This document shows positions 49,250 through 59,003 of a stretch of 64,000 nt of DNA, one piece after another. Below the pieces are notes generated by a model that had not been told where the DNA came from, searched no databases, and saw only the letters and a program-made list of their open reading frames with translations. Numbering within the stretch: the stretch's first letter is position 1; each line of letters opens with the position of its first letter. The position numbers and the translations under genes are program-made. This DNA comes from Ilumatobacter sp. (GTDB lineage: Bacteria; Actinomycetota; Acidimicrobiia; Acidimicrobiales; Ilumatobacteraceae), in assembly GCF_046290335.1 (NCBI RefSeq), contig NZ_JBKAGH010000009.1, positions 65,869 through 129,868 of the forward strand, read 5' to 3'.

Positions 49250-50704
49250 TCAGGGGTCGAGCACACCGGCGTAGCGAAACGCGGCGTCGATCACGGCGAA
49301 CAGGTCCCGACCCGATCCGGGTTCGTCGCCACTGACCGTGATCGCCCACGTGATCCCGTCGGGGCGGCGCACGGTCATCGCACTCGTGCTCTCGAGCGTT
49401 CCGGTGTGCCCGTACGACCCGGGGCCGAAGATCATCAGGCCCATGCCGTAGCCGCTCGTCGGTGGCACCGGCACGACGGTCGGCGGCGGGACGCTCGACG
49501 TCGCACCAGGCGACTCACCCGGTGATGTGGCAGGCGGCTCGGGGTCGACGGTGATCGTGGTCATCGCGCCGAGCGCAGCCGGGCCGAGCGGCTTCCACCC
49601 CGGCGTCGTGAGGTCCAGCGAGTCGATGATCACCGCCACGTCGGTCGACGAAGCGATCCACGAGCCCGCGCCGTCGAGCACCTCCATGTAGTTCCGTCCC
49701 GCATCGGAGTCGTGTTCGACGTCGCCGTCGCCGAGGTCGAACGTCCCGGCGAGTCGCATCCCGTCGAGCCCGAGCGGCGTCAGGAGCTCGCGGGCGACCA
49801 CGTCGACGTACCGCTCCCCGGTCACGTCCTCGATCAACTCGCCGAGCAGACAGAAGTTGACGTTGCTGTAGCGAAACGTCGTCCCCGGGAGCCGCTCGAG
49901 TCCTCGGCCGAGCGCCATCGCTCCGGCAGCCGGACACGACTCGACCTGACGTCGGAACATCAGGTCCTCGTACTGGCCGATGCCCGACCGGTGCGTGAGC
50001 AGTTGCCGCAGCGTGATCCGAGCGACATCGCTCGTCGCGGTGACGCCGACGCGTGCGGCAAGGCGTTCCCCGACCGGCGCGTCGAGATCGATCAAGCCCG
50101 CCTCGACCAGTTGCAGCATCGTGATCGCGGTGATCACCTTGCTGATGCTCGCGACCCGATACCGGTCGCCGATCGTCACCGGGTCCGACCCGTCCAGCAG
50201 ACGGTTACCCATGGCGACCTCGTGGACGATCTCGCCATCGCGCAGCACCGTCGCCGAGACGGCGCTCGACCCGCCCGCGAGCAACGTCTGCAGGTGCAGA
50301 TCGAACGCCGGCCAGCCCGACACCTGCGGCAGCACCACCGCACCGGCAGCGTTGCCCGCAGATGAGCCGGTCGAGAGACCGGTCGAGATCCCAGTCGACT
50401 CTGGGCGAGCGATCGTGTCGAGCACCGTCTCGGATGCGACGGTGCTGACCGGGCCGGCATCGTGCGTGACGACCGGTGAACTCGTGGGGGCTGCGTCGAC
50501 CGGCACGAACGCCGGAGCAGACGCGGCGACCGGCCCGGTCGGCGTCGCCGGGTCGGCCACGCCTGGCACGGCGACCACATCGGTGCCGCCACACGACCCG
50601 ACCACCAGCGACACCAGCGAGAGCAGTGCGGCACCCGTTCGCGTCGGCCTGCGCGCCGTCGACACCGGGACAGCCTTCGACGGCGAGTTCGAGCGAGCGG
50701 ACAT
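49250..50704 (-). CDS. Beta-lactamase / D-Ala-D-Ala peptidase family serine hydrolase, probable lipoprotein
   Basis: Lipobox-like VVGSC; P/T/S linker; ASISK, LLTHRSG, YSN, GHTG. Confidence 0.85.
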   Translation of the reverse strand: MSARSNSPSKAVPVSTARRPTRTGAALLSLVSLVVGSCGGTDVVAVPGVADPATPTGPVAASAPAFVPVDAAPTSSPVVTHDAGPVSTVASETVLDTIARPESTGISTGLSTGSSAGNAAGAVVLPQVSGWPAFDLHLQTLLAGGSSAVSATVLRDGEIVHEVAMGNRLLDGSDPVTIGDRYRVASISKVITAITMLQLVEAGLIDLDAPVGERLAARVGVTATSDVARITLRQLLTHRSGIGQYEDLMFRRQVESCPAAGAMALGRGLERLPGTTFRYSNVNFCLLGELIEDVTGERYVDVVARELLTPLGLDGMRLAGTFDLGDGDVEHDSDAGRNYMEVLDGAGSWIASSTDVAVIIDSLDLTTPGWKPLGPAALGAMTTITVDPEPPATSPGESPGATSSVPPPTVVPVPPTSGYGMGLMIFGPGSYGHTGTLESTSAMTVRRPDGITWAITVSGDEPGSGRDLFAVIDAAFRYAGVLDP

Positions 50705-50742
50705 CGTCGACCATCGTGGCAGCGACAGCTGCGCTCGCGGTG

Positions 50743-51897
50743 TCAGTCGCGAGCCGACGTCGAGGCCAGCAGCGCACCGAGCGTGACCAGGCCGAGCGCG
50801 GCGGCGCCGCCGAACGCCCAGCCGGGCGAGTCGGCGAGCAGCGGCACCCAGATCACCGGCCCGATCGCGTGGCCGAAGAACCGGAACGACAACACCGACG
50901 ACAGCGCACCACCCCGGTTGTCCGGTACCGCGATCGCCGCGAGGTGCTGCAGATTGACCGGCACGAACCCCACCAGCGCCGAGCCGACGACCCACGCTGC
51001 TGCCAGCCACCACGAGTTGCCGATGAGCCCGAGCGGCGCGGTCAGCACCGTGACGCTCAACGCCGACACCAGCGCGGCGCGGCGCGGACCCCAGACGTCG
51101 ATCAGGCGGCCCCAGGTCGGACTCAACGCCATGGTCGACAAGCCGGCGACGAGCAACACGATCCCCGTCGTCGACGAACTGACACCGAACTCGTCACGCA
51201 GGTGCACGCCGATCAGCACGCCGAGACCGATCGGCCCCGCTGCAGCCGAGAGTGCGGCGAGCCACAGCGCCGACATCCGTCGCGTGAGCAACGGGCGGAT
51301 CGGCGGCGCCGATGCGGCGGGCCGCGGCTCGCCGCTCGGCGGACGGAACGCGAGCGTGACCGCGACCGCACCGATCACGACGTAGGTGAGGCGCCAATTG
51401 ACGACGGCCGCCAGCCCGCTGATGAAGGGAGCCATCGCGCCGCCGGCCGCCTGGAACCCGGCGTACACGCCGACAGCGCGTCCGAGACGGGAGGGGGCGA
51501 TCACTTCCGACAAGCCCGCGATCAGCAACGGCGTGATGAACGCGTTGCACACCCCCTGCATGACGCGAGCGGCGATGAACAGGCCGAGGTTCGGTGCGAG
51601 GGCGCACAGCACCGACGCGATCGCATAGCCGATGAAGGTGATCCGAGTGACCCGACGACGGCCGTAGCGCTCGCCGATGGTGCCCGACACGAGCATCAGC
51701 GCCGCCATCGGCAGGAGGTAACCGCTCAGCGACCAGTTGACGGCGCTCGTCGACGCATCGAAGGTGTCGCGCAGCTCCGGATAGATCGAGATGACACTCA
51801 TGGTCCCGACCGGTCCGAGGAACCCGCCGAGCAGGAACGGCAACGTGGCCACGGTGATCACACGAGACGACTGCTCTCGTGCGACCGTGTCCGACAT
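50743..51897 (-). CDS. MFS transporter (drug:H+ antiporter-like)
   Basis: GTIGERYGRRRV, ARVMQG, WRLTY, GRLIDVWGPRR. Confidence 0.87.
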   Translation of the reverse strand: MSDTVAREQSSRVITVATLPFLLGGFLGPVGTMSVISIYPELRDTFDASTSAVNWSLSGYLLPMAALMLVSGTIGERYGRRRVTRITFIGYAIASVLCALAPNLGLFIAARVMQGVCNAFITPLLIAGLSEVIAPSRLGRAVGVYAGFQAAGGAMAPFISGLAAVVNWRLTYVVIGAVAVTLAFRPPSGEPRPAASAPPIRPLLTRRMSALWLAALSAAAGPIGLGVLIGVHLRDEFGVSSSTTGIVLLVAGLSTMALSPTWGRLIDVWGPRRAALVSALSVTVLTAPLGLIGNSWWLAAAWVVGSALVGFVPVNLQHLAAIAVPDNRGGALSSVLSFRFFGHAIGPVIWVPLLADSPGWAFGGAAALGLVTLGALLASTSARD

Positions 51898-51978
51898 CGG
51901 CTCATTCTTGCCGGTCGTGCCGGTGCGCAAGTCAGTCGGCCACCTCGGGGCGCCACCCACCCAGCGCCGGCGAGGCGG

Positions 51979-52689
51979 TCAGGGTCGATGCGTCGCTCGG
52001 TACGCGGACGGCGACGTGCCGACGACGCGCCGGAAATGTCGGCCGAAGGCGCTCTGGTCGTAGTAGCCACACGCGTGCGCGACGTCGGCGATCGGGTCCG
52101 ATGTGGTGACCAACAGCTGCAACGCTCGCTCCACACGGAACCGCATGATCAACTGCTTGGGTGTGAGACCCAGCACCCGCCGAGCCGTGCGTTCGAGTTG
52201 TGCGACGGTCATGTCGGCGGCCACGGCCAGATCACTGACGAGGAGTTGCTCCGCGTATCGCCGCCGTGCGACGTCGACGGCCGCCGCGAGCTGCGCGTGG
52301 GGCGCTGCGGCATCGACAGGCGTTCGCAAGTCGATCGACACACTGACGACTCCGACCGGCACCCCGTCGGTATCGGTCCAGCGAGACTTCGACGTCAAGA
52401 ACCACCCGAAGGATCGGTCGGGACGGGTGATCACCTCCAGCTCGTTGGTGAGCATGCGACCGGAGTGCAGTACCTCGTCGTCTTGGCGCTCGTACTGCTC
52501 GGCCAACTCGAACGGAAAGAGTTCGCGGGCGCGGCGCCCGACCACGTCGCCTGGGTGATCGACGCCGGCGCGATCGGCGAACGCCTGGTTGGCCGACAGG
52601 TACCGGCCATCGCTCGACTTGACGCAGAACATGACGTGTGGCGTGGTCGCGAGCACGTCGGTCACCGCCTCGAGCGAGCGATCCAGCAT
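51979..52689 (-). CDS. AraC-family regulator with an N-terminal PAS domain
   Basis: FCVKSSDGRYLSANQAF (PAS); C-terminal IADVAHACGYYDQSAFGRHFRRVVGTSP. Confidence 0.9.
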   Translation of the reverse strand: MLDRSLEAVTDVLATTPHVMFCVKSSDGRYLSANQAFADRAGVDHPGDVVGRRARELFPFELAEQYERQDDEVLHSGRMLTNELEVITRPDRSFGWFLTSKSRWTDTDGVPVGVVSVSIDLRTPVDAAAPHAQLAAAVDVARRRYAEQLLVSDLAVAADMTVAQLERTARRVLGLTPKQLIMRFRVERALQLLVTTSDPIADVAHACGYYDQSAFGRHFRRVVGTSPSAYRATHRP

Positions 52690-52702
52690 CGCACCATCAC
52701 AC

Positions 52703-52793
52703 CACATCGCGGTGCGACATCGCGGTGCGACATCGCCGTGCCACATCGCCGTGCCACATCGCGGTGCCACGTCGTGCTGCCGTATCGCGATGC
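52703..52793. repeat. 13-bp tandem array (5 near-perfect plus 2 degenerate units) in the divergent araC-putA spacer
   Basis: (c/g)acatcgc(g/c)gtgc x5, then cacgtcgtgctgc and cgtatcgcgatgc. Confidence 0.9.
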
Positions 52794-52898
52794 AACGACG
52801 GCTCCCGAGGCTGGCTCAGGCCGCACCGGTACGAATCCTCGTTCCGGTGCGGCGAATCGATACAAGACCCGGGCCGGGATCTCGATTTGCCTGGATAC

Positions 52899-55800
52899 AT
52901 GGAGACCGTACCGTCCGAGATCGATCGCGATCACGCCCCCATCTGGTCAGACCACGACCATGACACCGACGCGAAGCTCGCCGACCGCGCCGTCGCGCTC
53001 GCCCGCACACTGCTGGCCGACAGCCTCGAGGACATGTCTCGGTCCGAACGTCGACGACAGGCGCGGCTCGGAGCGCTCCTGGCCGACCCGTCCGGACGAG
53101 AGATGATCTTCGCGCTCACCGATCAGGTCGTGCGGATCGACTCGCCGACCGCTGCGGCGAAGACGTTCGCCGACGTCGTACGGCGTCACCCGACGACCGC
53201 GGTCGGGCGCGTCGACCAGCTCCTGCTTCGCGTCGGCGCACTCGTCGCACCACTGCTCCCGCGTCTCGTGATGCCACTCGTCGTCCGCCGGATCAAGCAC
53301 GAGACGCGCGGCATCGTGCTCCCCGCCCGCGACCCGGCCTTCGCCGACCACGTCGCACAGCGCAGCGAGGAAGGCGTACGGCTCAACGTCAACCCGCTCG
53401 GCGAAGCCATCCTCTCCGATCACGAAGCCGACGAGCGGATGCGGATCGTCTGCGAACGAATCGAGGGCGCCGACGTCGACTACGTGTCGGTGAAGGTCTC
53501 GGCGATCGTCGCCAACCTCGACGCGCTGGCCTTCGAACATTCGCTGGCTCGCATCGAAGACCGGCTGCGCCAGGTGTACCGACGGGCCGAGGCCGCGCAG
53601 CCGCGCACGTTCGTCAACCTCGACATGGAGGAGTATCGCGACCTCGAACTCACGCTCCAGGCGTTCATGCAAGTGCTGAGCGAGCCGGAGTTCCAGGCGA
53701 TCGATGCCGGCATCGTCCTGCAGGCGTACCTCCCCGACTCCCACCAGGCGCTCGAGCGACTCGGCGCGTGGGCGGCGACGCGCCACGAAGCAGGCGGGGG
53801 TTGCGTGAAGGTCCGCCTCGTCAAGGGAGCGAACCTGGCGATGGAGCGCGCCGAGGCCGAACTCCACGGCTGGACGGCCGCGCCCTATCCGACCAAGGCC
53901 GACGTCGATGCGAGCTACAAGGCGATCCTCGACTCGGCGTTGCGTCCCGAGTGGGCTGAGTCGCTGCGGATCGGTCTCGCGAGCCACAACTTGTTCGACG
54001 TCGCCTGGGCGTTGACCATCGGCGCCGAGCGCGACGCGCTCGACCAGCTCCAGTTCGAGATGCTCGAAGGCATGGCACCGGCCCAGGCCCGACAGGTCCA
54101 CGCTCACGCGGGCGACCTGTTGATGTACGCGCCGGTGGTCGACGACGACGACTTCGACGCCAGCATCGCGTATCTCACACGACGCCTCGACGAGAACACA
54201 CAACCGGAGAACTTCCTCCGATCACTCTTCACCCTGACGCCGCACTCCCCGCTGTTCGCCGAGGAGGCCGAACGCTTCAGGCGCAGCGTCGACGAGCGCC
54301 ACTCCGTCGCGACGCGTCGACGCCGCGCTCCGATCTCCCACGATCACCACGACGCCGATCGCGTCGACCCTGCGTCGACGGCGTCCCCGTCGGGGGCATT
54401 TCACAATGCCGCCGACAGCGACGTGACCGACACCGCTGTGCGCTCGGCGATCACGGCCGCCCTCGCCGATCCTCCCCAGCCGGTCGTCGACCGCGTCACC
54501 GCCGAGGCGCGCATCGACGAGATCGTCGCGACCGCAACCGAGTCGTTCGCGTCTGCCGACCACGATCGTGCGACGCGCCGACGCTGGCTGCTCGACGTTG
54601 CCGATCTGATGGAGCGCGAGCGCGCCGCGACGATCGGCCTCATGGCCCACGACGTCGCGAAGACCGCGCACGAGGCCGACCCCGAGGTGAGCGAAGCGAT
54701 CGACTTCTGCCGCTACGACGCCACCGCCGGAAGCGACGCGCTCGATCACGCCGAGGCGAACGGATCTATCGTGACCGGTCGCGGCGTGATCGTCGTCGTC
54801 GGACCCTGGAACTTCCCGTACGCGATCCCGACCGGCGGCGTGGCCGCGGCGATCGCGGCAGGCAACTCGGTGATCCTCAAGCCGGCACCGGAGTCGGTCG
54901 CGACCGGCGCGTGGATCGCCGAGCAGTTCTGGCGTGCCGGCGTGCCTCGCGACGTGCTGCAGCTGGTCGTGTGCGACGACGGCCCGGTGGGCACGCGACT
55001 CGTCACGCATCGCGACGTCGACACCGTCGTGTTGACCGGCTCGTACGACACCGCCTCGATGTTCCTCGATTGGCGGCCTGATCTCCGCCTACTCGCGGAG
55101 ACGAGCGGCAAGGACGCGCTCGTGATCACACCGGCGGCCGATCTCGATCAGGCGATCGCCGACCTCGTGCGCTCCGCATTCGGCCACGCTGGCCAGAAAT
55201 GCTCGGCCGCGAGTCTCGGCATCGTGGTGGGCGAGGTGTACGACAACCCGAGTTTCCAGCGACGGCTCCGTGACGCGGTGACCAGCTTGCGGCTCGGTCC
55301 GGCGACCGACCCGGCGACGATGATGGCACCGCTCGTCCAAGCGCCGACCGGGGCGCTCGAGCGAGCGCTGACGACACTCGAACCCGGCGAGACGTGGCTG
55401 GTCGAGCCCCGTTGTCTCGACGCCGACGGCCGAGCGTGGTCACCGGGGGTGCGTCTCGGGGTGAGCGAGGGGTCGTGGTTCCATCGCACGGAGTGCTTCG
55501 GGCCGGTGCTCGGGTTGATACGCGCCGACGACCTCGATCACGCGATTCGTCTGCAGAACGCCACGGCATTCGGGCTCACCGGCGGGATCCACTCGCTCGA
55601 CGACGCCGAGGTGGCGCAGTGGCTCGCCGCGGTCGAGGTCGGCAACGCCTACGTCAACCGCCACATCACCGGCGCGATCGTGCAGCGCCAGCCGTTCGGC
55701 GGATGGAAGCGGTCATCGGTCGGCGGCGGAGCGAAAGCGGGCGGGCCGGGCTACGTCGCGCAGTTCGCACGCGTCGCCAGCTCCGAGGCAGCGCTCACCG

Positions 55801-56243
55801 ATCTCGACGGTGTCCGCCGCGCCTATCGGACCGCGTGGGCCGACTGGTTCACGCAACAGCACGACCCGTCCGGCTTGGCGGTCGAGTCGAACGTGCTGCG
55901 CTACGTGCCGCTCGACCACGTCGCCGTCCGATGCGCAACGATCGACGCTGTCGCCATCGACGTGCTGAAGGCCGCAGCCGAGATCACCGGTGTCGACGTC
56001 GAGAGTTCGACACCTCAGGAGTCGAGCGACCTCGCATTCGCCGAGCACGTGATCGCGCGCGGCGTCGATCGGGTTCGACTCCTGACAGAGATGTCCGACG
56101 AAGCACGACGTCTCCTCCACCGTGCCGACATCGCCATCGACACGACACCGCCCGTTGCCGACGGCCGACTCGAGCTCCAGCACTGGGTCAAAGAACAGGC
56201 GATCAGCACGACGATGCACCGCCACGGCCGTCTGCTGCACTAG
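52899..56243 (+). CDS. putA: Bifunctional proline dehydrogenase / P5C dehydrogenase
   Basis: NLDMEE, VRLVKGAN, ASHNLFD, RRLDEN; ALDH part PWNFP, ETSGK, AGQKCSA, ECFGP, FGLTGG, QPFGGWK. Start chosen at ATG 52899. Confidence 0.93.
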   Translation: METVPSEIDRDHAPIWSDHDHDTDAKLADRAVALARTLLADSLEDMSRSERRRQARLGALLADPSGREMIFALTDQVVRIDSPTAAAKTFADVVRRHPTTAVGRVDQLLLRVGALVAPLLPRLVMPLVVRRIKHETRGIVLPARDPAFADHVAQRSEEGVRLNVNPLGEAILSDHEADERMRIVCERIEGADVDYVSVKVSAIVANLDALAFEHSLARIEDRLRQVYRRAEAAQPRTFVNLDMEEYRDLELTLQAFMQVLSEPEFQAIDAGIVLQAYLPDSHQALERLGAWAATRHEAGGGCVKVRLVKGANLAMERAEAELHGWTAAPYPTKADVDASYKAILDSALRPEWAESLRIGLASHNLFDVAWALTIGAERDALDQLQFEMLEGMAPAQARQVHAHAGDLLMYAPVVDDDDFDASIAYLTRRLDENTQPENFLRSLFTLTPHSPLFAEEAERFRRSVDERHSVATRRRRAPISHDHHDADRVDPASTASPSGAFHNAADSDVTDTAVRSAITAALADPPQPVVDRVTAEARIDEIVATATESFASADHDRATRRRWLLDVADLMERERAATIGLMAHDVAKTAHEADPEVSEAIDFCRYDATAGSDALDHAEANGSIVTGRGVIVVVGPWNFPYAIPTGGVAAAIAAGNSVILKPAPESVATGAWIAEQFWRAGVPRDVLQLVVCDDGPVGTRLVTHRDVDTVVLTGSYDTASMFLDWRPDLRLLAETSGKDALVITPAADLDQAIADLVRSAFGHAGQKCSAASLGIVVGEVYDNPSFQRRLRDAVTSLRLGPATDPATMMAPLVQAPTGALERALTTLEPGETWLVEPRCLDADGRAWSPGVRLGVSEGSWFHRTECFGPVLGLIRADDLDHAIRLQNATAFGLTGGIHSLDDAEVAQWLAAVEVGNAYVNRHITGAIVQRQPFGGWKRSSVGGGAKAGGPGYVAQFARVASSEAALTDLDGVRRAYRTAWADWFTQQHDPSGLAVESNVLRYVPLDHVAVRCATIDAVAIDVLKAAAEITGVDVESSTPQESSDLAFAEHVIARGVDRVRLLTEMSDEARRLLHRADIAIDTTPPVADGRLELQHWVKEQAISTTMHRHGRLLH

Positions 56244-56273
56244 CGACAGAGTGGGTCAGACCCACTCTGTCGC
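56243..56273. repeat. REP-like palindrome, family B, copy 1
   Basis: GCGACAGAGTGGGTC-A-GACCCACTCTGTCGC; begins on the last base of the putA stop codon. Confidence 0.9.
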
Positions 56274-56281
56274 AGGTGTCG

Positions 56282-56713
56282 TCAGCGCAACACCGAGCGC
56301 AACAGCAGACTCGACTCGGAGTTGATCACCCCATCGCAACTGCGGATGCGCAGCAGCACGTCGTCGAAGTCGCGCAGCGACGCGCACCGGATCTCGGCCA
56401 CCAGGTCCCAACCGCCGTTGGTCGTGTGGAGCGACTGCAATTCCGGCATGCCTCGCAGCTGCTTGATGACCTCGGTCGTGTTGCGGCCCTGCACTTCGAT
56501 CAGCGACACCGCGCGGACGTCGTCGTCGCCGTAGTCCTCACGCACGCGCACGGTGAACCCGAGGACTGCGCCAGACTCGATCAACCGATCGAGGCGGTTG
56601 TTGACCGTTGCACGGGTGACGCCGAGTCGTCGCGCGAGCGTCGTGACGGGCGCTCGCCCATCGGTGCGCAACAGCGCGATCAGTCGCCGGTCGGTGTCAT
56701 CGAGATCGAGCAC
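56282..56713 (-). CDS. Lrp/AsnC family transcriptional regulator
   Basis: LDDTDRRLIALLRTDGR, LGVTRATVNNRLDRL, TNGGWDL. GTG 56713 preferred as start; the track uses 56746. Confidence 0.9.
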   Translation of the reverse strand: MLDLDDTDRRLIALLRTDGRAPVTTLARRLGVTRATVNNRLDRLIESGAVLGFTVRVREDYGDDDVRAVSLIEVQGRNTTEVIKQLRGMPELQSLHTTNGGWDLVAEIRCASLRDFDDVLLRIRSCDGVINSESSLLLRSVLR

Positions 56714-56821
56714 GTTTTGATCATAGTGAGTGTATTGGGTGCACATCTTGCGCTATTTACGCTCACTTTTCTCCCGCTCTGACGATTGAGAGTGCACATC
56801 GATCAGCCGTAGCGTTGGGCC

Positions 56822-57877
56822 ATGGTCCGCTTCGTCAACGTTCATCACCTCGCTCGATGGGTCGCCGACACCGGCATCGAGGCTCTCCTCGTCGACCTCG
56901 TCACCGCGATGGAAGAGGACTTCCGCCGCTGGCCGGAGTTCGACAAGACCCCAAGGGTCGCCAGCCACTCCCGCCACGGTGTCATCGAGTTGATGCCGAC
57001 CAGCGACGGTGTCACGTACGGCTTCAAGTTCGTCAACGGCCACCCGATCAACTCCACCCGCGGGCTGCAGACCGTCACCGCGTTCGGCGCGCTCGCCGAC
57101 GTCGACACCGGCTACCCGCTGATGCTGTCGGAGATGACGTTGCTCACTGCGCTGCGCACGGCGGCGACGTCTGCCATGGCAGCCAAGGTGCTCGCCCCCG
57201 CCGGGGCGTCGACGATGGGCATGATCGGGACCGGCGCGCAGAGCGAGTTCCAGGCGTTGGCGTTCCGAGCGGTGCTCGGCATCGACACGCTGCGGATCTG
57301 GGACGTCGACCCCGCAGCGATGGACAAGTTCGAGCGCAACGCCACGTCGATGGGCTTCGACGTCACCGTGTGCACTGGGCCGGAGCAGGCGGTCGCTGGT
57401 GTCGACGTGATCACCACGTGCACCGCCGACAAGCGCAACGCGACGATCCTGACCGACGAGATGGTCCGAGCCGCCCGGACCGGCCCGAGCGGACTCCGCG
57501 GCTTGCACATCAACGCGATCGGCGGCGACTGCCCCGGCAAGACCGAACTCGAACTCGACCTCGTCAAGCGGGCGACCCTCTTCGTGGAGTACCCCGAGCA
57601 GTCGTTCATCGAAGGCGAGATCCAATTCCTGCCTCGCGACTGGCCGGTCACCGAGCTGTGGCAGGTCCTCACCGGTGATCGCCCTGGCCGCACGTCGACC
57701 GACGAACTCACCGTCTTCGACTCGGTCGGGTTCGCGATCGAGGACTTCTGCGCGCTGCGGTTCCTCAACGATCGACTCACCGGCACCGACTACTTCGACG
57801 AGATCGATCTGATCGCGGAGCCGGCCGATCCGAAGAACCTGTTCGCCCTGCTGCCCGTTCCCGTGGCGGGGGCCTGA
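56822..57877 (+). CDS. ocd: Ornithine cyclodeaminase
   Basis: GVIELMP, YGFKFVNGHP, TALRTAATS, IGTGAQSEFQ, GGDCPGKTE, FDSVGFAIEDF. Confidence 0.92.
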   Translation: MVRFVNVHHLARWVADTGIEALLVDLVTAMEEDFRRWPEFDKTPRVASHSRHGVIELMPTSDGVTYGFKFVNGHPINSTRGLQTVTAFGALADVDTGYPLMLSEMTLLTALRTAATSAMAAKVLAPAGASTMGMIGTGAQSEFQALAFRAVLGIDTLRIWDVDPAAMDKFERNATSMGFDVTVCTGPEQAVAGVDVITTCTADKRNATILTDEMVRAARTGPSGLRGLHINAIGGDCPGKTELELDLVKRATLFVEYPEQSFIEGEIQFLPRDWPVTELWQVLTGDRPGRTSTDELTVFDSVGFAIEDFCALRFLNDRLTGTDYFDEIDLIAEPADPKNLFALLPVPVAGA

Positions 57878-58815
57878 TGGCACTCGCGACCCGCACGAGC
57901 GTCCAGGCGCCGCGCGCGGTCGTGATGATCCGACCGCACCACTTCGAACCCAACGAACAGACACGCGTCGACAACGTCTTCCAGACCGACGCACCGATCG
58001 ACGCGGCGGCGATGACCGTGTCTCGCGACGCGTTCGACGAAGCAACTGCAGTGGCCGACGTCCTGCAGCGACACGGCATCGCGGTGCACCTGTTCGACGA
58101 CGACGGCCACGCCACGCCCGACAGCGTGTTCCCGAACAATTGGTTCTCGACGCACCACGGCGGCCACGTCGCCGTGTTCCCGATGTGCACGCCGAACCGG
58201 CGGCTCGAACGTCGCAGCGATGTCATCGAGATGCTCAAGCAGGCGTACCGGGTGCAGGACGTCATCGACTACTCAGGCTTGGAAGTCGACGGGCTCTTCC
58301 TCGAAGGCACCGGTGCGATGGTGCTCGATCATCTCGATCGAATCGCGTACGTGGCGCGTTCGCATCGAGCCGATCCGATCGTGCTCGAGCGGTTCTGCAC
58401 CAACTTCGGCTACGAACCGATGGCGTTCGACGCCGTCGATCCGGCCGGCATCGCGATCTATCACACGAACGTCTTGATGTGTGTCGCCACCTCGTTCGCG
58501 TTGGTCGGTCTCGACGCCATCGTCGACGCGACCCGACGCGACGAGATCGTGGAGCGACTCGCCGGATCGGGGCGCGACGTCATCGCGCTGCGGCACGATC
58601 AGGTCGCCGATTTCGCTGGCAACGCGTTCGAGCTCACCGGGTCGAGCGGGTCGGTGCTGGCGATGTCGACGCGGGCACGACGAGCGTTGACCACTGAGCA
58701 GATCGAACGCATCGAGGAGTGGTCGACGATCGTCGACGTGGACATTCCCACCATCGAACTCGCCGGCGGATCGGTGCGCTGCATGCTCGCCGGCATCCAC
58801 CTGCAACCGCGCTGA
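57877..58815 (+). CDS. ctlX: Citrulline utilization hydrolase CtlX-like (amidinotransferase fold)
   Basis: VMIRP, VFPNNWFSTH, LEGTGAMVLD, IYHTNV, IELAGGSVRCM; TGATG coupling to ocd. Confidence 0.85.
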   Translation: MALATRTSVQAPRAVVMIRPHHFEPNEQTRVDNVFQTDAPIDAAAMTVSRDAFDEATAVADVLQRHGIAVHLFDDDGHATPDSVFPNNWFSTHHGGHVAVFPMCTPNRRLERRSDVIEMLKQAYRVQDVIDYSGLEVDGLFLEGTGAMVLDHLDRIAYVARSHRADPIVLERFCTNFGYEPMAFDAVDPAGIAIYHTNVLMCVATSFALVGLDAIVDATRRDEIVERLAGSGRDVIALRHDQVADFAGNAFELTGSSGSVLAMSTRARRALTTEQIERIEEWSTIVDVDIPTIELAGGSVRCMLAGIHLQPR

Positions 58816-58851
58816 CCCGCCTCACTGGCCCGGCCGTCGACCCGACTCGAG

Positions 58852-58882
58852 GCGACAGAGTGGGTCTGACCCACTCTGTCGC
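58852..58882. repeat. REP-like palindrome, family B, copy 2
   Basis: GCGACAGAGTGGGTC-T-GACCCACTCTGTCGC. Confidence 0.9.
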
Positions 58883-58918
58883 TTCGCTCGTTTCGACCAG
58901 GCGACCAGCCGCATCATC

Positions 58919-58962
58919 GTTCGCCGACAGTTCACACTTCGGACGCTGCACGTTCATGGCGG
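58919..58962 (+). promoter_or_regulatory. PHO-box-like 11-bp direct repeats upstream of the phosphatase-like gene
   Basis: GTTCGCC (58919), GTTCACA (58930) and GTTCATG (58952) in 11-bp phase. Confidence 0.55.
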
Positions 58963-59003
58963 CGTCGCTTCCGCGACGACTCCGGCTGCTCCGATGAGCC
59001 GTT

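Noticed and set aside
50476-53106. 876-aa plus-strand ORF
   Set aside because: Shadow across the MFS and AraC genes and the 13-bp repeat; no domain signal.
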